A stretch of DNA of 64,000 nt from Paraspadella gotoi (taxonomy: Eukaryota > Animalia > Chaetognatha): positions 19,020,625 through 19,084,624 of the forward strand of contig CM119263.1 in the NCBI GenBank assembly GCA_051294375.1. Reading direction: 5' to 3'. Position numbers and translations under genes: made by a program. The first letter of the stretch is position 1, and each line of letters starts with the position of its first letter. Shown here piece after piece: positions 1 to 14,123 of this stretch. The notes under the pieces are model-generated. The model saw only the letters and a list, made by a program, of their open reading frames with translations. It had not been told where the DNA came from and did not search any database.

Positions 1-828
1 ATAAATCAAGCTCAGTCATGATAGCTCGTCTCGACCACAGAAAACAGCAATACGATGATTGGCGTCTTGGAAAACAATCGATCGGTCGGCAGGATCCTGC
101 CTCATTGTTTCTTTTAGCTCTAATCAACTCCCACATTTACCTTCTTCGTCTCCGCTCCCTTCTCTCTAAAATAAAAGTCATTATTTGTGCTACGAATAAA
201 ACAATCGATCGCTTGACCCTTTAGTTAGATAACTAAAGGATTATCGCATCATGATAACTAAATCGAAATTTCTACCCTCTCTCGGAACCACAACTCACTA
301 GGAGAAAAGTTTGAAAACCACTTAGTAATTCGCTCGGAATTTCTCTCCCTGTTTTTCTTCTTTTTNNNNNNNNNNNNNNNNNNNNNNNNNNNNNNNNNNN
401 NNNNNNNNNNNNNNNNNNNNNNNNNNNNNNNNNNNNNNNNNNNNNNNNNNNNNNNNNNNNNNNNNNNNNNNNNNNNNNNNNNNNNNNNNNNNNNNNNNNN
501 NNNNNNNNNNNNNNNNNNNNNNNNNNNNNNNNNNNNNNNNNNNNNNNNNNNNNNNNNNNNNNNNNNNNNNNNNNNNNNNNNNNNNNNNNNNNNNNNNNNN
601 NNNNNNNNNNNNNNNNNNNNNNNNNNNNNNNNNNNNNNNNNNNNNNNNNNNNNNNNNNNNNNNNNNNNNNNNNNNNNNNNNNNGTGGCTTCTGAATGAGA
701 GAAAACATTCAGAATCACAAAAGCACGAACGTCCGCTTACTTTTCCTTGTTTGTTGATCAATTAGCTGTTGCACAAATCAATATCCCAGAGGTTTTTGTT
801 AGTGTTACTTCCAGTAAAAACTATCACT
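1..828 (+). repeat. Direct duplication, copy 1 (copy 2 at ~5424-6199)
   Basis: ataaatcaagctcagtcatgatagctcgtctcga..aaactatcact recurs at 5424-6199 with many small indels. Copy 2 spans the N-gap 366-683. Confidence 0.92.
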
Positions 829-3800
829 NNNNNNNNNNNNNNNNNNNNNNNNNAGTATCGAGCGATTTGGCAAAAACCCTTGACTGAACTGCGTTGTTTT
901 GCGAGCAATTTCGACCGGTTTTCGTCCAAAGTGTTTTCGGCGTGCCAAACTAATTTCCAGCTTTCCTGCAGCATGCAGCGTTTAGAACAATGAGTTACTT
1001 TCGTAAAATTTGCTCGTTGCTTGAAGGAGATTTAGATTCTTATATTTTTTAAATATTATGTATCATGTATTACGATATTATGTAACTCTTCTTATAAAAA
1101 CAAATTAATAGCTTTTAAAATTCTCGAATCTGAGAAAAACATTAAAGTTAATAAACCTCCAGCGATTCATCACCTTTGCTCAGAATCAATGCCCTCATAA
1201 TATTAAATGTTCCGCCCATTGTTCCATTCCGCCATATTTGGAAGCGAACTCCGTTAGCCAAGATCGTTATTTGCGCGCCATTCGGAACTTCACTCGCCGT
1301 CGGTTTTTTTCTGGGCGCCGGTTCCAAGTCCTCTTATTGTATCGCGTTCATACGTCACATTTTATAACATTTTCAGTTTTTTATCGCCGACTTGTTTTTG
1401 GTTATGTAAACATTGCTGACATTATTCATTAAATTTCGAGAACATTTATAGTGGAAAACCAAAGAACGCGGACAAACCCAAATAATTCTGCTTTTTCATC
1501 AATATTTCTTTTTTCGGTCATCCTCGTCATCTCGTCCCACCTTCAATTTTTTCGATGCTCAGTGCTCACTCTTTTTTTTTTTCTCTCTCTTTCTCAGTTT
1601 TTTTTTCATGCGTCCTCTCTCTCGTTGTTGCCAAAATAACCATTTTCACCACGGAACACTATCTCTAGTATCACAAGATGTTCCCCTGCCTCCTTTAAAT
1701 ACCTCATCCTACTTTCCTTTTAAACACCCCCCCCTCGGTTTCCCAACACCCTGGCCCTTTACGCTTACTTCTCTACATCCCGTACCGCCGCTTCCGCTTT
1801 CACACCGAATTCTGCACCTCCTACCAACCCACTCCCCCGCAATCAACTCTTTCACGTGACGATGCGCGTCTGGCAAATCGGGTTATCGCCGCTGACGAAT
1901 CATACAATACTCACAAACAGAAATCGAGTGAAGCGCGGGAATTCAGAATCGTAAACCAAGAAAAAGAAAGAAAAAAAGAAAAAGAAGATAGAAAAAGAGA
2001 ATAAAAGCAATGCACTCGAAACGAAATCGGGAATGGAATCGAGAATCGGGCTGGAACTCAGATGGAACCGAGATGGAACCGGGTTGGAATCGAATTTGCA
2101 ATGGGAATCGGTATGAAATTGAGATGCAATCAGATAAGAGTTCTGAAATTTTGCCTTTTTTTTTAATTTTCTACGTATCAATTTAAATATCTTTTACATT
2201 TATTTTTTCGGAATTTAAAGACTTTTTCAATATTTTCCGCAATGTGGCTTTCATCTCCTGAATCAGAGATTATGGAGGAAACAAGTAAACAGCAAATGAA
2301 ACAAATGCATTATTGGTATTAGTTATTGTGTTAAAAATATTTTTTTTGGCAAAAAAAGAGCAATTCCGCTACTTAAAATTATTATATTGCTATATAAATA
2401 TGCATTTTTTTGTAATATTTTAAATTTTTTAATTTATTCTTGATAGAGCTTAAAAAGTAAGATAAAAAAGTAATTACAACTTTTTAAATTTTGGGATGTT
2501 TTATTACTGAAAATTAGCAAAAGGTTTTTTCCCAATTTTGATCTACTTATATCAAAATATTGGAAAAAAGAATTTTCCTACTTATCTGAATCTCTTTTAA
2601 AAATGAGCAAAAATTTCCTATCTATAAATTAATATTAAAAAAATTTAGCAGAATGCTTCAAGCCATTTTATGAAAATTTGCAATTACTTGGTTTCATGTA
2701 TTTTTATTTTTCTATTTTAATATTTTTAATATTTTTATGAAGGATTTAGTATTTAATTTATTTATTTTATTCAAATATATGCTTTCTTTTTAAAAATTTT
2801 TTTTTTATCTAATAATTTATCATTTGGAAGGGGAGTCAGTGGGTGTCTTCTGGAAATAGAGGAGCATCTATGAAATTGTACAACCAATATATAAAGCAAG
2901 TTAGATTACTATCTGTCCTAGTTTTCTAATAGGATATCTACACATCATTTTGTTAGAAAAGTCATTAAGGAAAAATATAATATCTAAGAGGGCTGAACCG
3001 AAAGGGGTGGAAATGGATATTTTGACCGGACCAACCGTATATATGATTTTTTTTTAAAAACAAAGGATAAGACTACCATTAGAATTGTATGTCTCGATAA
3101 GGGATACATACTGGGGAAAGGTCTATAGGCACCTTTTTGTCATGAATATAATTTAAAATACTTTAATGAAATTTTATTTTTTCTTTATCCTATTTTTACT
3201 TATTTCTTTTGACATATTTTTTTTTATCTTTATGTTTACACAATTTATACAATTTATACAATTTCTTAGAAATGTATGAAGTTCATTGGGAAGGTCCCAA
3301 ATCAAACATCTGACCGCACCCGCATTGACCCTTGCCCTACCAATACAATGATTTCCTAAGATAACAAATTCATATAAACTGTAGATGGAAATGTTTTGAT
3401 TCACAATTTGAACATTTTAAATTGTATACGAATTCCACGATGTCAACCAATCTATCTAAAAATCAAATTAATTCTACTATATTTTATACTATTAAGATAA
3501 AATGCCACGGCTTCTTAGTAACATAAACCCGCATTGGTCGCCGCAGACACTCAGCTCCATTTGACCGAGCCCCTTATAGTCTTTCGTACAATCGCCGTCG
3601 GAGTGGCCTTCACTCTGTCTCTCTCTCCTCTCTCTCTCTATCGTTTTTCGCCTCTCCCGCCTCCGGTCTCGACGTAGATTGAGACTCCGGAATGTTCATT
3701 TGTTTCTTCTGTTGATACATCAAGTTGTTTGGGCGAAAAGTCCGTCCCGCCCCCCGTCGGTCGAGAAAGCGTCATCCAGTCAGCGAGTTCGTCGGCAAAC

Positions 3801-4139
3801 CAGATCGCGCAGGTGGGGATATCGACGTCGTCATACGGGGCTTTGGCATCGTTTAAATTGAAGAGAGGGGGGGTCTATAAGCTTTAGTTAGTTCAATTAA
3901 CCGAACGTACAATTTTAAAAATGCATTCAAGTATAAATCTTTTTTTTTAATATATTTGGAGAGAGCTAACATAGACTGCGAGAGATATGGACAGAGAGAG
4001 AAACAGACAGAGACAGAGTGAGAGAGAAAAAGAAAACAATATGCAAATGAAGTAGATTGTGCTTAAAATGATTCCAAGTGACGAAGACGATGACACAGTC
4101 GAAAAATGATATTAGAGTAAAGGTGCAACATTGGCAAAT

Positions 4140-4193
<54 letters not shown>

Positions 4194-5423
4194 AGGAGAT
4201 GAGAGAGAGAGACATCCAGGAAGATTAAGATGATGCAAATGATGGATGAAGGCGATGGAGATAAAAAGAAGAGGGGAGATCAAAAGAAAGAAAAGAAAAG
4301 GAAGAGAAAAGAAGAAAGCCAGGGAAAGCGACGGACGAAATGACGAGCAAGATGAACGCGTTATATTTCGTCTTAACGCTTGCGAAAATCCAAAACAAAA
4401 GGAGGCGACGTTGATGGCAAAACTAGAAATAAAAACAAACGCTTGGCTGTCGATGAAACCAATTATGAAACATTTTTTTTTTCGACAAAATTACAAAAGT
4501 GCGTTTAGAGGATGATGCTCTTTGTTTCTTCATCTCTAACCCTGACACTTTTTTAATCTATCTGAAGGTTAGATCGTGGTGTTGCACCCATAAGAGAACG
4601 GATGGACGCTCGCCTAAGGTTCGCCGTTGGTTCGCTTGAAGACCGATAAGCATGAATGAAGATGCAACGAGTCAACGTGAGTACGAGGAGAAAAAAGATT
4701 TGCGCGGTGGAAAGAAGTCGACCGCGCCAATCTGGAACGCAGTTGAAAAATCGCGGGAGGGAAGAAAGAGACGAGGGAAAGAGAGAGTGAAAAGAAAATA
4801 AAATATGAGAATACACTGATGGAAGACAATAAAGAAAAGAAAATAAAGAACAAAAGAAAGGAACAAAAAGAGAAAACTAAGAAGAAATATAAAAAACTCC
4901 TGTCATATATGTTGCCTTGCCGAAGCTAACGTGGATTCTCTCCTTTTCCAATTTTCTTCTATCATAGAACGGGCAGTTTATTCCATGATTGCAATGTGTT
5001 CCGCTTGACTCTGGCGATCGATAAAAGAACCCACCTCACCCGAACCACCTTCCTTCTCCCCCCCCCCGTCGCGCTGTCTGACTCTGTTCACCGGCGCTTC
5101 GCCTTTTATCTCCGCCCAAACCTCCGAGCCTTTTTGTTGACGAGCGAATTCCCTTGAGGCGAGACGGAGAGCGCCGGCGCGAAACGCCTTTCTACCCAAA
5201 GGTCAATTCCCTACGCCAAGTTTCCCTTTCTTCTCGCTTGCCCATCTTTTGACTTCGCTTTTGCCTTTTTTTTCTTTATCTTTTTTTGCTTTTATCTGCT
5301 TCAGCTTGTCAATCGCCTATGTTATTATGTATTAAACAGACAGTTGGTCCTTCTCATTAAATTCAGCATACTAGATAATCTAAATCGATATTCTAAAGTA
5401 CTGTAGATAAACGTCGCTGGTAC

Positions 5424-6199
5424 ATAAATCCAAGCTCAGTTCATGATAGGCTCGTCTCGATCCACAGAAACACAGCAATACGAGATTGGGCGTCTGGAAA
5501 ACACACGATCGGTCGGCAGGATCCTGCCCATTGTTTCTTGTTAGCTCTAATCAACTCCACATTTATACTCTTCCTCTCCCTCCCTTCTCTCTAAAATAAA
5601 AAGTTCATATTTGTGCTACGAATAAAACAATCGATAGCTTCCCTTTCAGTTAGAATATACAAAGATTATCGCAATCAATGATAACTAAATCGAAATTTCT
5701 AACCCTGCTCCGGAACCACAACTCACTAGAGAAAAGTTTTAAAACCACTTAGTAATCGCTCGGAATTTCTCTCCCTGTTTTCATACTTTCCAACATTAAA
5801 AAATATTACCACATAAATGAAGTTGTTAACAAAAGAAGTTTTTATTTTTTTATTTCTATTTCTCAATATCCGCAGTAACAATGCCAATCCAAAACAATCA
5901 TTGTACAGCATGTCAAGCGGCTCTTTTTTGTCACGTATAATAAAGAAATAAGTTATAGTTAGCAAAATATCATAGAATAGAAGAAAAGTACATTTTTCGG
6001 AAGCTCAAACTTTTGAGTCTACCGCAACATTTAAGAATCCGTCTTTTCTCTCTGTAGGTCTGTGTCTTCTGAAATGAGAGAAAACATTTCAGAATCACAA
6101 AAGCACGAACGGTCGCTTACTTCTTCCTTGTTGTTGATCAATTTAGCTGTTGCACAAATCATATCCAGAGGTTTTGTTAGGTACGTCCATAAACTATCA
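5424..6199 (+). repeat. Direct duplication, copy 2
   Basis: Matches 1-828 and runs into a (CT)n tract where copy 1 runs into a 25-N gap. Confidence 0.92.
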
Positions 6200-8559
6200 C
6201 TTCTCTCTTCTCTCTCTCTTCTTTCTCTCATCATCCTCTTCTCTCTCTCTCTCTTCTCTCCTCTCTCCTCTCCTCCGCTCCTCTTCCTCTCTCGTCTATC
6301 TCTCTCATCATCTTTCTCCTCTCTCCCTATCTTCTCACTATTTTCCCTAAGCTCTTTTTAATTCCTTGCCAGCCCCCAACGGAGTCGTACCAACCCTTTT
6401 CCTGGAGTGTTCCGGAATTGCTAACAGCCTCCTAACAACCGCCTTACAGTCGACAGGGTAACCAATTTTTTTTTTTCTTTCTCTCTCTCCACTTTTTTTT
6501 ACGACTGAATCGCGGGAATTTCCCTCGCGCAGTTGCTTGTGCAGTTTGAAGGGCACTTACCAAGATTGGAAAATTAAGTATTTTCTCGAGAGTTTTTGTG
6601 TAAAACTGGTTCGCGCTCCCACGAAAGACGAAAGGGATTGTAAGCAGAAGTTCATTTCCTTTCGCTAAAGGTATTCACTGATTAATGTTCCGCTTCCACC
6701 GGTGGAACCCCCCAGGTTTCCCAAGTCACAAATTCCACCGTTTCCCTCGGTCTCCTCCATCCGATCTCTGATCTCCCTCTTCCTCGATGTTCCCGACGCG
6801 CTCATCCACCTAAACTAATTCCCCCCCCCCCCGGCCCCCCATTCCAAAAAAAAATCCCCCTTCCCCCCCAGATCAGATTCATCCCAATTTTCCCACCCCC
6901 CGCCTCGCTCCATCTCGAAAATCCAATTTCTTTTGAAGCTTTCAAGAGGAATTCGATGAAAGGTAATAATAAAAAGCCAGACGGGGGCCGCGGAATTCAA
7001 GGATTTCAAAGCCGCAGCTTTTGTCCTTTCCATTTTCCGCCGATTGCTTGTCGGCTTGCCTTGCTTGGTGGGCGCGGATGGCTGGGGTTGTCCCGCTGAC
7101 TGGTTGCTTGTTCGGAATCTTGATTTCTTTTTTTTCCTTGTTTTTCTTTCGTCGTCGTTATTTCTTTCTTTTTTTCTTTTATTTCTTTCTTTCAAATAAA
7201 TCATTTTTCTCCTCTTATTTTTATCTCTGTCACTTTTTTTTACATGTTTTCCCTTCAAAACAAGAAAAACGTTTTGACTTTTTCGTATTTTTGTGATACA
7301 TTATCGTTACTTCCATCACATTCAGCCAAACAGAAATCAACAACTCAAGGAGGCGCGAAATTGTACAAAGAGTTACGGAAGTAAAAAAGGGTTTTTTTTT
7401 TATATCATTGAAAGCCGGAGATATCAATCAATCATATATTTAAGCCACACGAGTACAACACATTCTACAATCTCCCGGACGAAAATCAACAGAATAGTTT
7501 TGCCCTCACTGTATAACTTATAATAATGCAATTACGCCAAGTTACCAACATAATACGTATTATTAATAGAATAAAGTTAACCAAAGGAAGAGATAAAAAT
7601 AGCGTTTGGTAAAGATTTTTTTCCCTCGGAGCCGCGGGACCGAAGGAAGAGCGAACGGTCTTCGTCTGTCAGACCTCATTCGTCATCTCGTGTTTACGTT
7701 TCCCTTTGTTTTTGTTTTCTTTTCCTCTTCTCTCCGGACCACCAGAGCGACCAGACCGACCACCTCTTCTTCCCCCCAGCGGCTCCACCATTCCGTTGCA
7801 TCCACCCCCACTCTCGCGCCTCGTCGCCGCTCGAGCCAGCCCCCCTCCGTGTCGTCACAGCTTTAGACGACTCAGCACTCCGCCAGTCCGCCAGTCCGCC
7901 GCGCCGCCAACCGCCGCCTCAATCGCCGCCACATCCTCTTCTTTCCTTTATCATTCTTCTCTCTTTAGTCAGACGGTTTCTTTTTTTTTTTTTTTTTTTT
8001 GCATCGTTGTGGAAAACGAGAAAAAAAATAAAACGGAAAAATACAAATTTGTGTCTTGAATCTGAACCGACTCTGAACTAACATTTGTGCATAACGTTCG
8101 TTAATATTAAACCATGAAGAGAGCATCGCAATTAGCTTTGAGATATTATTTAAAATATTTTCTTATCCTCCTATAGTATTTAAAACATTCTGCTCGCAAA
8201 TAGGATTACGTCTAGAAAAAACAGCGAAACGAGATAAACCGATTCGGAGAATAAGTAAGGTTATGTTAAAAAAAAATCATTCATTATAACCAAAAGAAAC
8301 GACCTTTAGAAGATACAGAGACGAACGTTTTCGCGACGCATCTCAAAACAAAAGACGTTTGGAGGAGGTGCTACCCTCTAGGGGTCAGACGGAAAAACAA
8401 ACAGGGACGAAGAGAAGAGAAGGTCGTCCATCGGGTCAGGGACGAAAAAAAAGGGTCAAACTTTTTAGCGGTTCGAATGGCAAGGTAACCGCGGCGGGAA
8501 GGAGGGGCGGGTCCGAGGGTCAGAGTGCAAATTATCGTCGTGGATGAGAGGAAGTAGCG

Positions 8560-8579
8560 AGGTCAAAGGTCAAGGGTCG
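8560..8579 (+). promoter_or_regulatory. Candidate nuclear-receptor DR1 element
   Basis: AGGTCA-A-AGGTCA-A-GGGTCG, retained in the mirror arm at ~29995-30014. Confidence 0.3.
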
Positions 8580-9105
8580 ATCGAGCAGCGATTCAAAGCT
8601 AAATGTCCATCGTGGATCAACGTGTTATGTGGGTAACTTTGAGAAATCAAATCGTATATATACGATTAAAATTTTGTATTAATAATAGTAATTAGTGGAG
8701 ATAGACCGCGAAGGAACTTTCTTCATTCGTTGACCAATCCAATTTCCTTTTCTCAACCTTTTTTACCTCAACTTTTTGCGAGGCTTCCAACGAGATCAGG
8801 TTTTTTCTCTCTGTTGCTAAGTTTAGAGACCAAAAGGTTCCCTTCCTTCTTGGGCGAGACTAATCAGTGTTTTTACAGCGGCAATGTTTTGATTGGGTGG
8901 ACCGAAAGAGGGCAGAGAGAGGGATTAGTATTGAGAGTGAGCAAGTGTGAAAAGGAAAAGGAAAGAAGGAGAGAAAAAAGGAAAGGAGGTGCATGGTGGT
9001 CGAGATGGAAGAAATTTGGGCCGATGGACGGAAGACGTAAAAACTTCTTAAATGGATGAGGAAAAACAAACAGAGTTGCACAGTCATTTCGTCAAAGGCT
9101 GTTGA

Positions 9106-9174
<69 letters not shown>

Positions 9175-12100
9175 CTCTTCTAATGATTTTCTAACAAAAG
9201 ACTGACCGACCCTCTAAAGGGAAAGAGTGCGAGAGAAGCAAAGATGAGAACGATTGACGACAATCGACGGACGGACGACAACGACGACGACGACAACGAA
9301 GACGACGACCGCCACAACTTTTTGACAGAGAGGGAAAGAATCGTTTTCAAACGAGGCTTTATGGCCGACGCTGAACCAAAAAAAAACCTAACATGAGAAA
9401 GTGATGAAATAACCAGCACGGTATTGATGCCTGAGGGCATTCCAAAAAAAATCTCCCAGATTCAGTCCCGCCCCGTCATATCGCATCTGCTTTATGGATG
9501 ACCTCGCCAGGTCGCCCAGCGGTCGTCGCTCCGGATTGCGGAATGTTGTAGACGTTTCGGAAAAATCGAATAAAACTCACTGGAAGAAAGGGAGAAAGAG
9601 AATGGCGACGGCGACGGCGAAGAAGACGACGATAGCGACGACTCTCCTCTCTTTCCCGTCGTCGTGAAATGAAAGTTGGCAGATATTGTTATCTCGTCAG
9701 TGAGGGCGGCCACGCGATGTCGACAATGTGAAGATCACTATTATTATGGAGTGTGGAACCGACGACGNNNNNNNNNNCGACGACGGTGATAAAGAAGAAG
9801 CAAAAGAAGAGGAAGAGTGAGACGTAGAGAGGACGACCCCCAAAGACGACGACAAAGATAACGACGACGTTTTTTTTTTCCGAAACCTTCGGCCTCATCT
9901 CTCCGTTCAGAGGGTCACGAGTTCGAGTCGCGGGTCGTCGAGGTTTTTTTTTTCGGCAGGGAGAGATGAGGGCGATGGCGTGGAGCCGGGCGAGTTGGTG
10001 AAAAGTGAGGCGGGAGGCTGAAGGAAGCGGAGGAGGATTTAAAGATTGACTGGAGGATTTTTATTTGATTGATAAATGATTAGAAGATGAGAAGCAAAAC
10101 TGGTTGATAAAGAGCGGCGCTTGTGGTTTCGATTTAGGCCGTAGCAGTGGGAATAAATTTGAAAGCATAAATATAAATATATAAATTTGAAAGCGATAAT
10201 ATAAACTATACATAGCCTAAAAATAAATTAATCAGTTGGGACCAAAATTTTGATTCATATATTTTTTTTTCCTCGAAAAATAATTAGTAGCCAAGTGATC
10301 GGCGTTTGCTGATTGGCGAAGCGAACGATGAAACCGTAACTGAAGAGTTCTGTGCCCCGGTGATTGAGAGATGGTGGGCGTGGCAACGGGATGATTAACC
10401 GGGTATGGGCGTGGCCGATGGGGGCCAGATCGTCTTGTCGGACGCGGTTCTGCCAGGAGAGATGAGGCCAGGGGGCGCGGAGGCAGCGAGGATCGAGTTC
10501 GCCGACCGAGACGACGTAACGCGTTACGGCCGACGGTTCCGAACAACGGCCTCGTTCGGGGGCCAAGGGTGGCGAAAGACGGCAATGGATGGCAAGGGAT
10601 AAGGATGGTAATGGTTCTTGATGGCATTGGTTTAACATTTTGGATTTCTTGTAGTTTTTAGATTCTCTTTATCATTATTATTCTAATATTTTCAATATAT
10701 TACAATGTACACATACTTACAAAGCTTAATGAGGGAGGAATTCTGCAGAGGTTAACGCCCTCTCTAAAAACTAAGCAGCTTCCCTTTTGGCAACTAAAAC
10801 TGCTTGTAAAAAACAAAACCGTATCGACGACGACGGCGACGAGGTAGAAGAATACAATATAATATATATAATACAATATATAGTATTTTATACTATTTTC
10901 AATGACAACAAGGACGACGACATCTCTAAGATCTTAGGAGCAATGGACGGCTTTGTCCACATATCGCCGCACTACGAACGACAATTTAATGCAAGCAAAC
11001 GCTTACAACAACCAAAACGAGAATGACGACGACGACAACGACGACAACGAGGCCGTCCTTGAAATACGAGCTTAATGAAAACGTAGCGCGTTCGCGTTTT
11101 ACAACAAACGATCAACATCCTCACCGCAACACGAATGAAAATGATGGAACCGATGATGGCGACGACCTCGATAAATCCACGCGACCTTCTGAGGTTCGAT
11201 GGGTGGAGATTCTCTCGGAAGCGAAGGCGCGTAAAGCTGAAATCCGGATCGCAGCTGAGGTTCGAACTCGCGACCTTAGGGGCGAACATCGTCGCGAATC
11301 GGTGACCGAAGCGAGGGCGCTGAAGACAACGGCGACTGCAGCGCCACCGTCGCGAACGACTTCGACGACGTCATGGCGTAAACATGAGAACATCGAGCGA
11401 ATCGCAGCTGGGTCGCCGAGAGACGCGGCGGAGGAAGAGATGGCGCCAAACGGATGACATGGTTTCAGTCTTGGAGTTCGTTTGGACTTTTAGCTTCACA
11501 TTGCGACGAAAAAGAATATTTGACTGTGGAAAATGTCGTTTATTTATTATTTTAAGACTAAATACTATGCTATATAGTATATAGTGGTACTGAGTCATTA
11601 AACAATTTTCATTACAAATAACGAGTTAGAGAGCTTGCCGTCTCAGAAGTTCTAGACGGATGCTACTGTACACTATCTTTCTTTTATTATAAAACCCTAC
11701 GTTTTTTACTTTTTTTATTTTCTCATCTCAATTCTTTTTTGTTTTTCGTTCCGAAATTGTCGAGAGTCTTATGTATTTTCCTCTTCTCTTTTCATCCTAG
11801 ATCCTTCGTTTCTGAATTTCTTTACCTTTCGCACCTTCCCCTTTCTTTCGAGTTTCCTACATCCCTTTCCTTCCCTTCCATTCATTTTCCCTTTTTATTT
11901 CTCATTCTTTTTTTTCTCCCTCCCTTCTTTTCAATCCCTTTCTCTCTTCCCACTTTTTCCTTTTTCCTTTACGTTTCTCTATCTCGTTTTCCAAACTTAG
12001 TTTGCATATTTCAGGACCCACAATTATTCGCCCGTCCCTTTTACGATCAGGTTTTTGTTGAAGCATATGGTTTTTTTTTTNNNNNNNNNNNNNNNNNNNN

Positions 12101-12934
12101 NNNNNNNNNNNNNNNNNNNNNNNNNNNNNNNNNNNNNNNNNNNNNNNNNNNNNNNNNNNNNNNNNNNNNNNNNNNNNNNNGATCGAAGGAAAATGGCGCC
12201 AAGGGTGACGCCCCGTGACTGAAAATGGCTTTTGCGACGACGGAAAAGACGCTAGATGACGCGTGTTTTAGACTAACGGGGAAAGAGGGGTAGGGGGGGG
12301 GAATTATGAAGGGGTAAGGGTAGGGGGGAATATATGAAGGGCGTTTCTTTTTTACTTTTCACGAGAGTTTAAAAACAAAAAAGCAATCTCTAAAAATCAT
12401 TTAGTGGTAAATAAATGATTTGGCATACGGGAAAAAGATTCGTCATGGCAACGAGCAACGCAAACTTTTCTTGATGCGAAACTCACGACATTGGAAACAT
12501 TTAACTAAACGAGAAAAACACAAAAATCCATATCGCAATTAACAATTACAAATATAGGAAATTCTGAGCTAAATAGTAACGAATATGTTTTCAATTTTCA
12601 GGAAAATCTTTAAAAATAATCCTGAGAAAAAAACAGCATTCCACGACAAAAGTATTACGACTATAAAACACCGTTAGGAGGCAGAATAGTTTGGTTTTTT
12701 AATGAATCAATAATTATTGTTGAGTTAATTTTAGAAATGAAAACTGAAAGGCCATCGATGACATGAAAAAAACGCTGATATGTAAACGAGTCCGAGGGTT
12801 ATGCGTACCTTACCTCGAGGTCGAACGGGCGCGGCCCTGACCCGACTCTACAGACCGGAAGAAAAACCTTTAAAGTCGATAACGACGAAACCAAGTGGCA
12901 ACTCTCATCGACGGTCATTAAGTGAGAGAGAGAG

Positions 12935-12972
<38 letters not shown>

Positions 12973-13477
12973 CCTCTCTCTCTCTCTCTCTCTCCCAAGT
13001 TTATGAAAATTCGATGTAATATCGGGAAATAATGATTTCAGTTCGCAGATGTAATTTTCGCAGACTNNNNNNNNNNNNNNNNNNNNNNNNNTGAGATGAG
13101 ACGTGACATTTGCACATGACCGTAAAGTTTCGTCCACTCGCCTCCTGTTGTTATTTATTTCCATCGTTTTTTCCCTCAAAAAAGAAACAGGTATTAAAAA
13201 CGGAGAACGAAAAAAACAAGGGAATCCCAACCAGGAAACGAGCGAAAAGGGGTTTTAGTCTTCGAGCGGATGAAGAACCTGAGTCGCATGTTCGATGTCT
13301 AAACTGATTCTCTTGATGGAAACGCAAGGATTGCTGGGTGATCAAGGTAGTCGTGTGAATACTCGGTATTAGCAATCTAGTTTGACCTCCAGTTCTTGGT
13401 TTATTGTTTTAGAGGAGTTGCACGTGCGTATTTCTGGCGTCTTACTGATCCCCCATCTGCTTTGAGAGCTTACCTAG

Positions 13478-14123
13478 TAAGCTAAGTAACAATTTCTAAA
13501 TTTAACTTTAATTAAAATTGCTAAAAGTAAAACGAAACACACAATTATCACTAACTGATATGAAATTGTATAAAACAAATTGAGTATCATAATTCTAATT
13601 CACATTTATACATCAGATAGCCACATGATCTAGTACTAGATAATCTAATAAATTGTTACACACAATTTCACAAACAGTTTTTTCTAAAATTTTAAGCAGA
13701 TTTGGATCGTCATAAAAAGTTTGATAAAAGAAAATATAACTCTTATTTTAAAAAACTTCACTTAAGTGGTTCAAGATCAAAAAATATAAAAAAGACCCTT
13801 TATTTTTAAAGGCTGAAAATCAACTTATATATAATATTTCAAATATAGTTTTGTCTAATTTTTAAGCCCCACTTAAATGAAAAGAATTTTATTAAAATAA
13901 TTTAATTTTCTCTTTTATCAACTTTTGACGAAGGAATTCAAATCTGCAATCAAAATTAAAAAAGCCTATTTTACGCAATATCTTCGATTTTATAAGGATC
14001 AGTTACCTAATATAAAAAACATAAAAATATTAATTTTTTTTTACAAATTTAATGTTTACTGATGGTATGGTTGTTCATAATTACCTTTAGAATTTTCTGT
14101 ACGTAAACTTACACTACGCCTTA
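13478..14123. mobile_element. AT-rich foldback element related to the interior of the 30.2-31.2 kb element
   Basis: Flanked by ttacctag at 13470-13477 and 14124-14131. Ends are taag../..ctta. Internal inverted repeat (13697-13775 vs 13862-13950) resembles 30578-30800. Confidence 0.55.

Noticed and set aside
258-761. ORFs containing long X runs
   Set aside because: They are open only because they cross N-gaps.
2020-2130. Degenerate (GGAAT/GGAAC)-like repeats
   Set aside because: Short and irregular, and not a telomeric or satellite array I can support.
2200-3500. AT-rich tract, possibly decayed transposon
   Set aside because: No TIR, TSD or transposase-like frame found.
8465-8500. GGTTCGAAT T-loop-like motif suggesting a tRNA or SINE B-box
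   Set aside because: No cloverleaf or A-box could be built around it.
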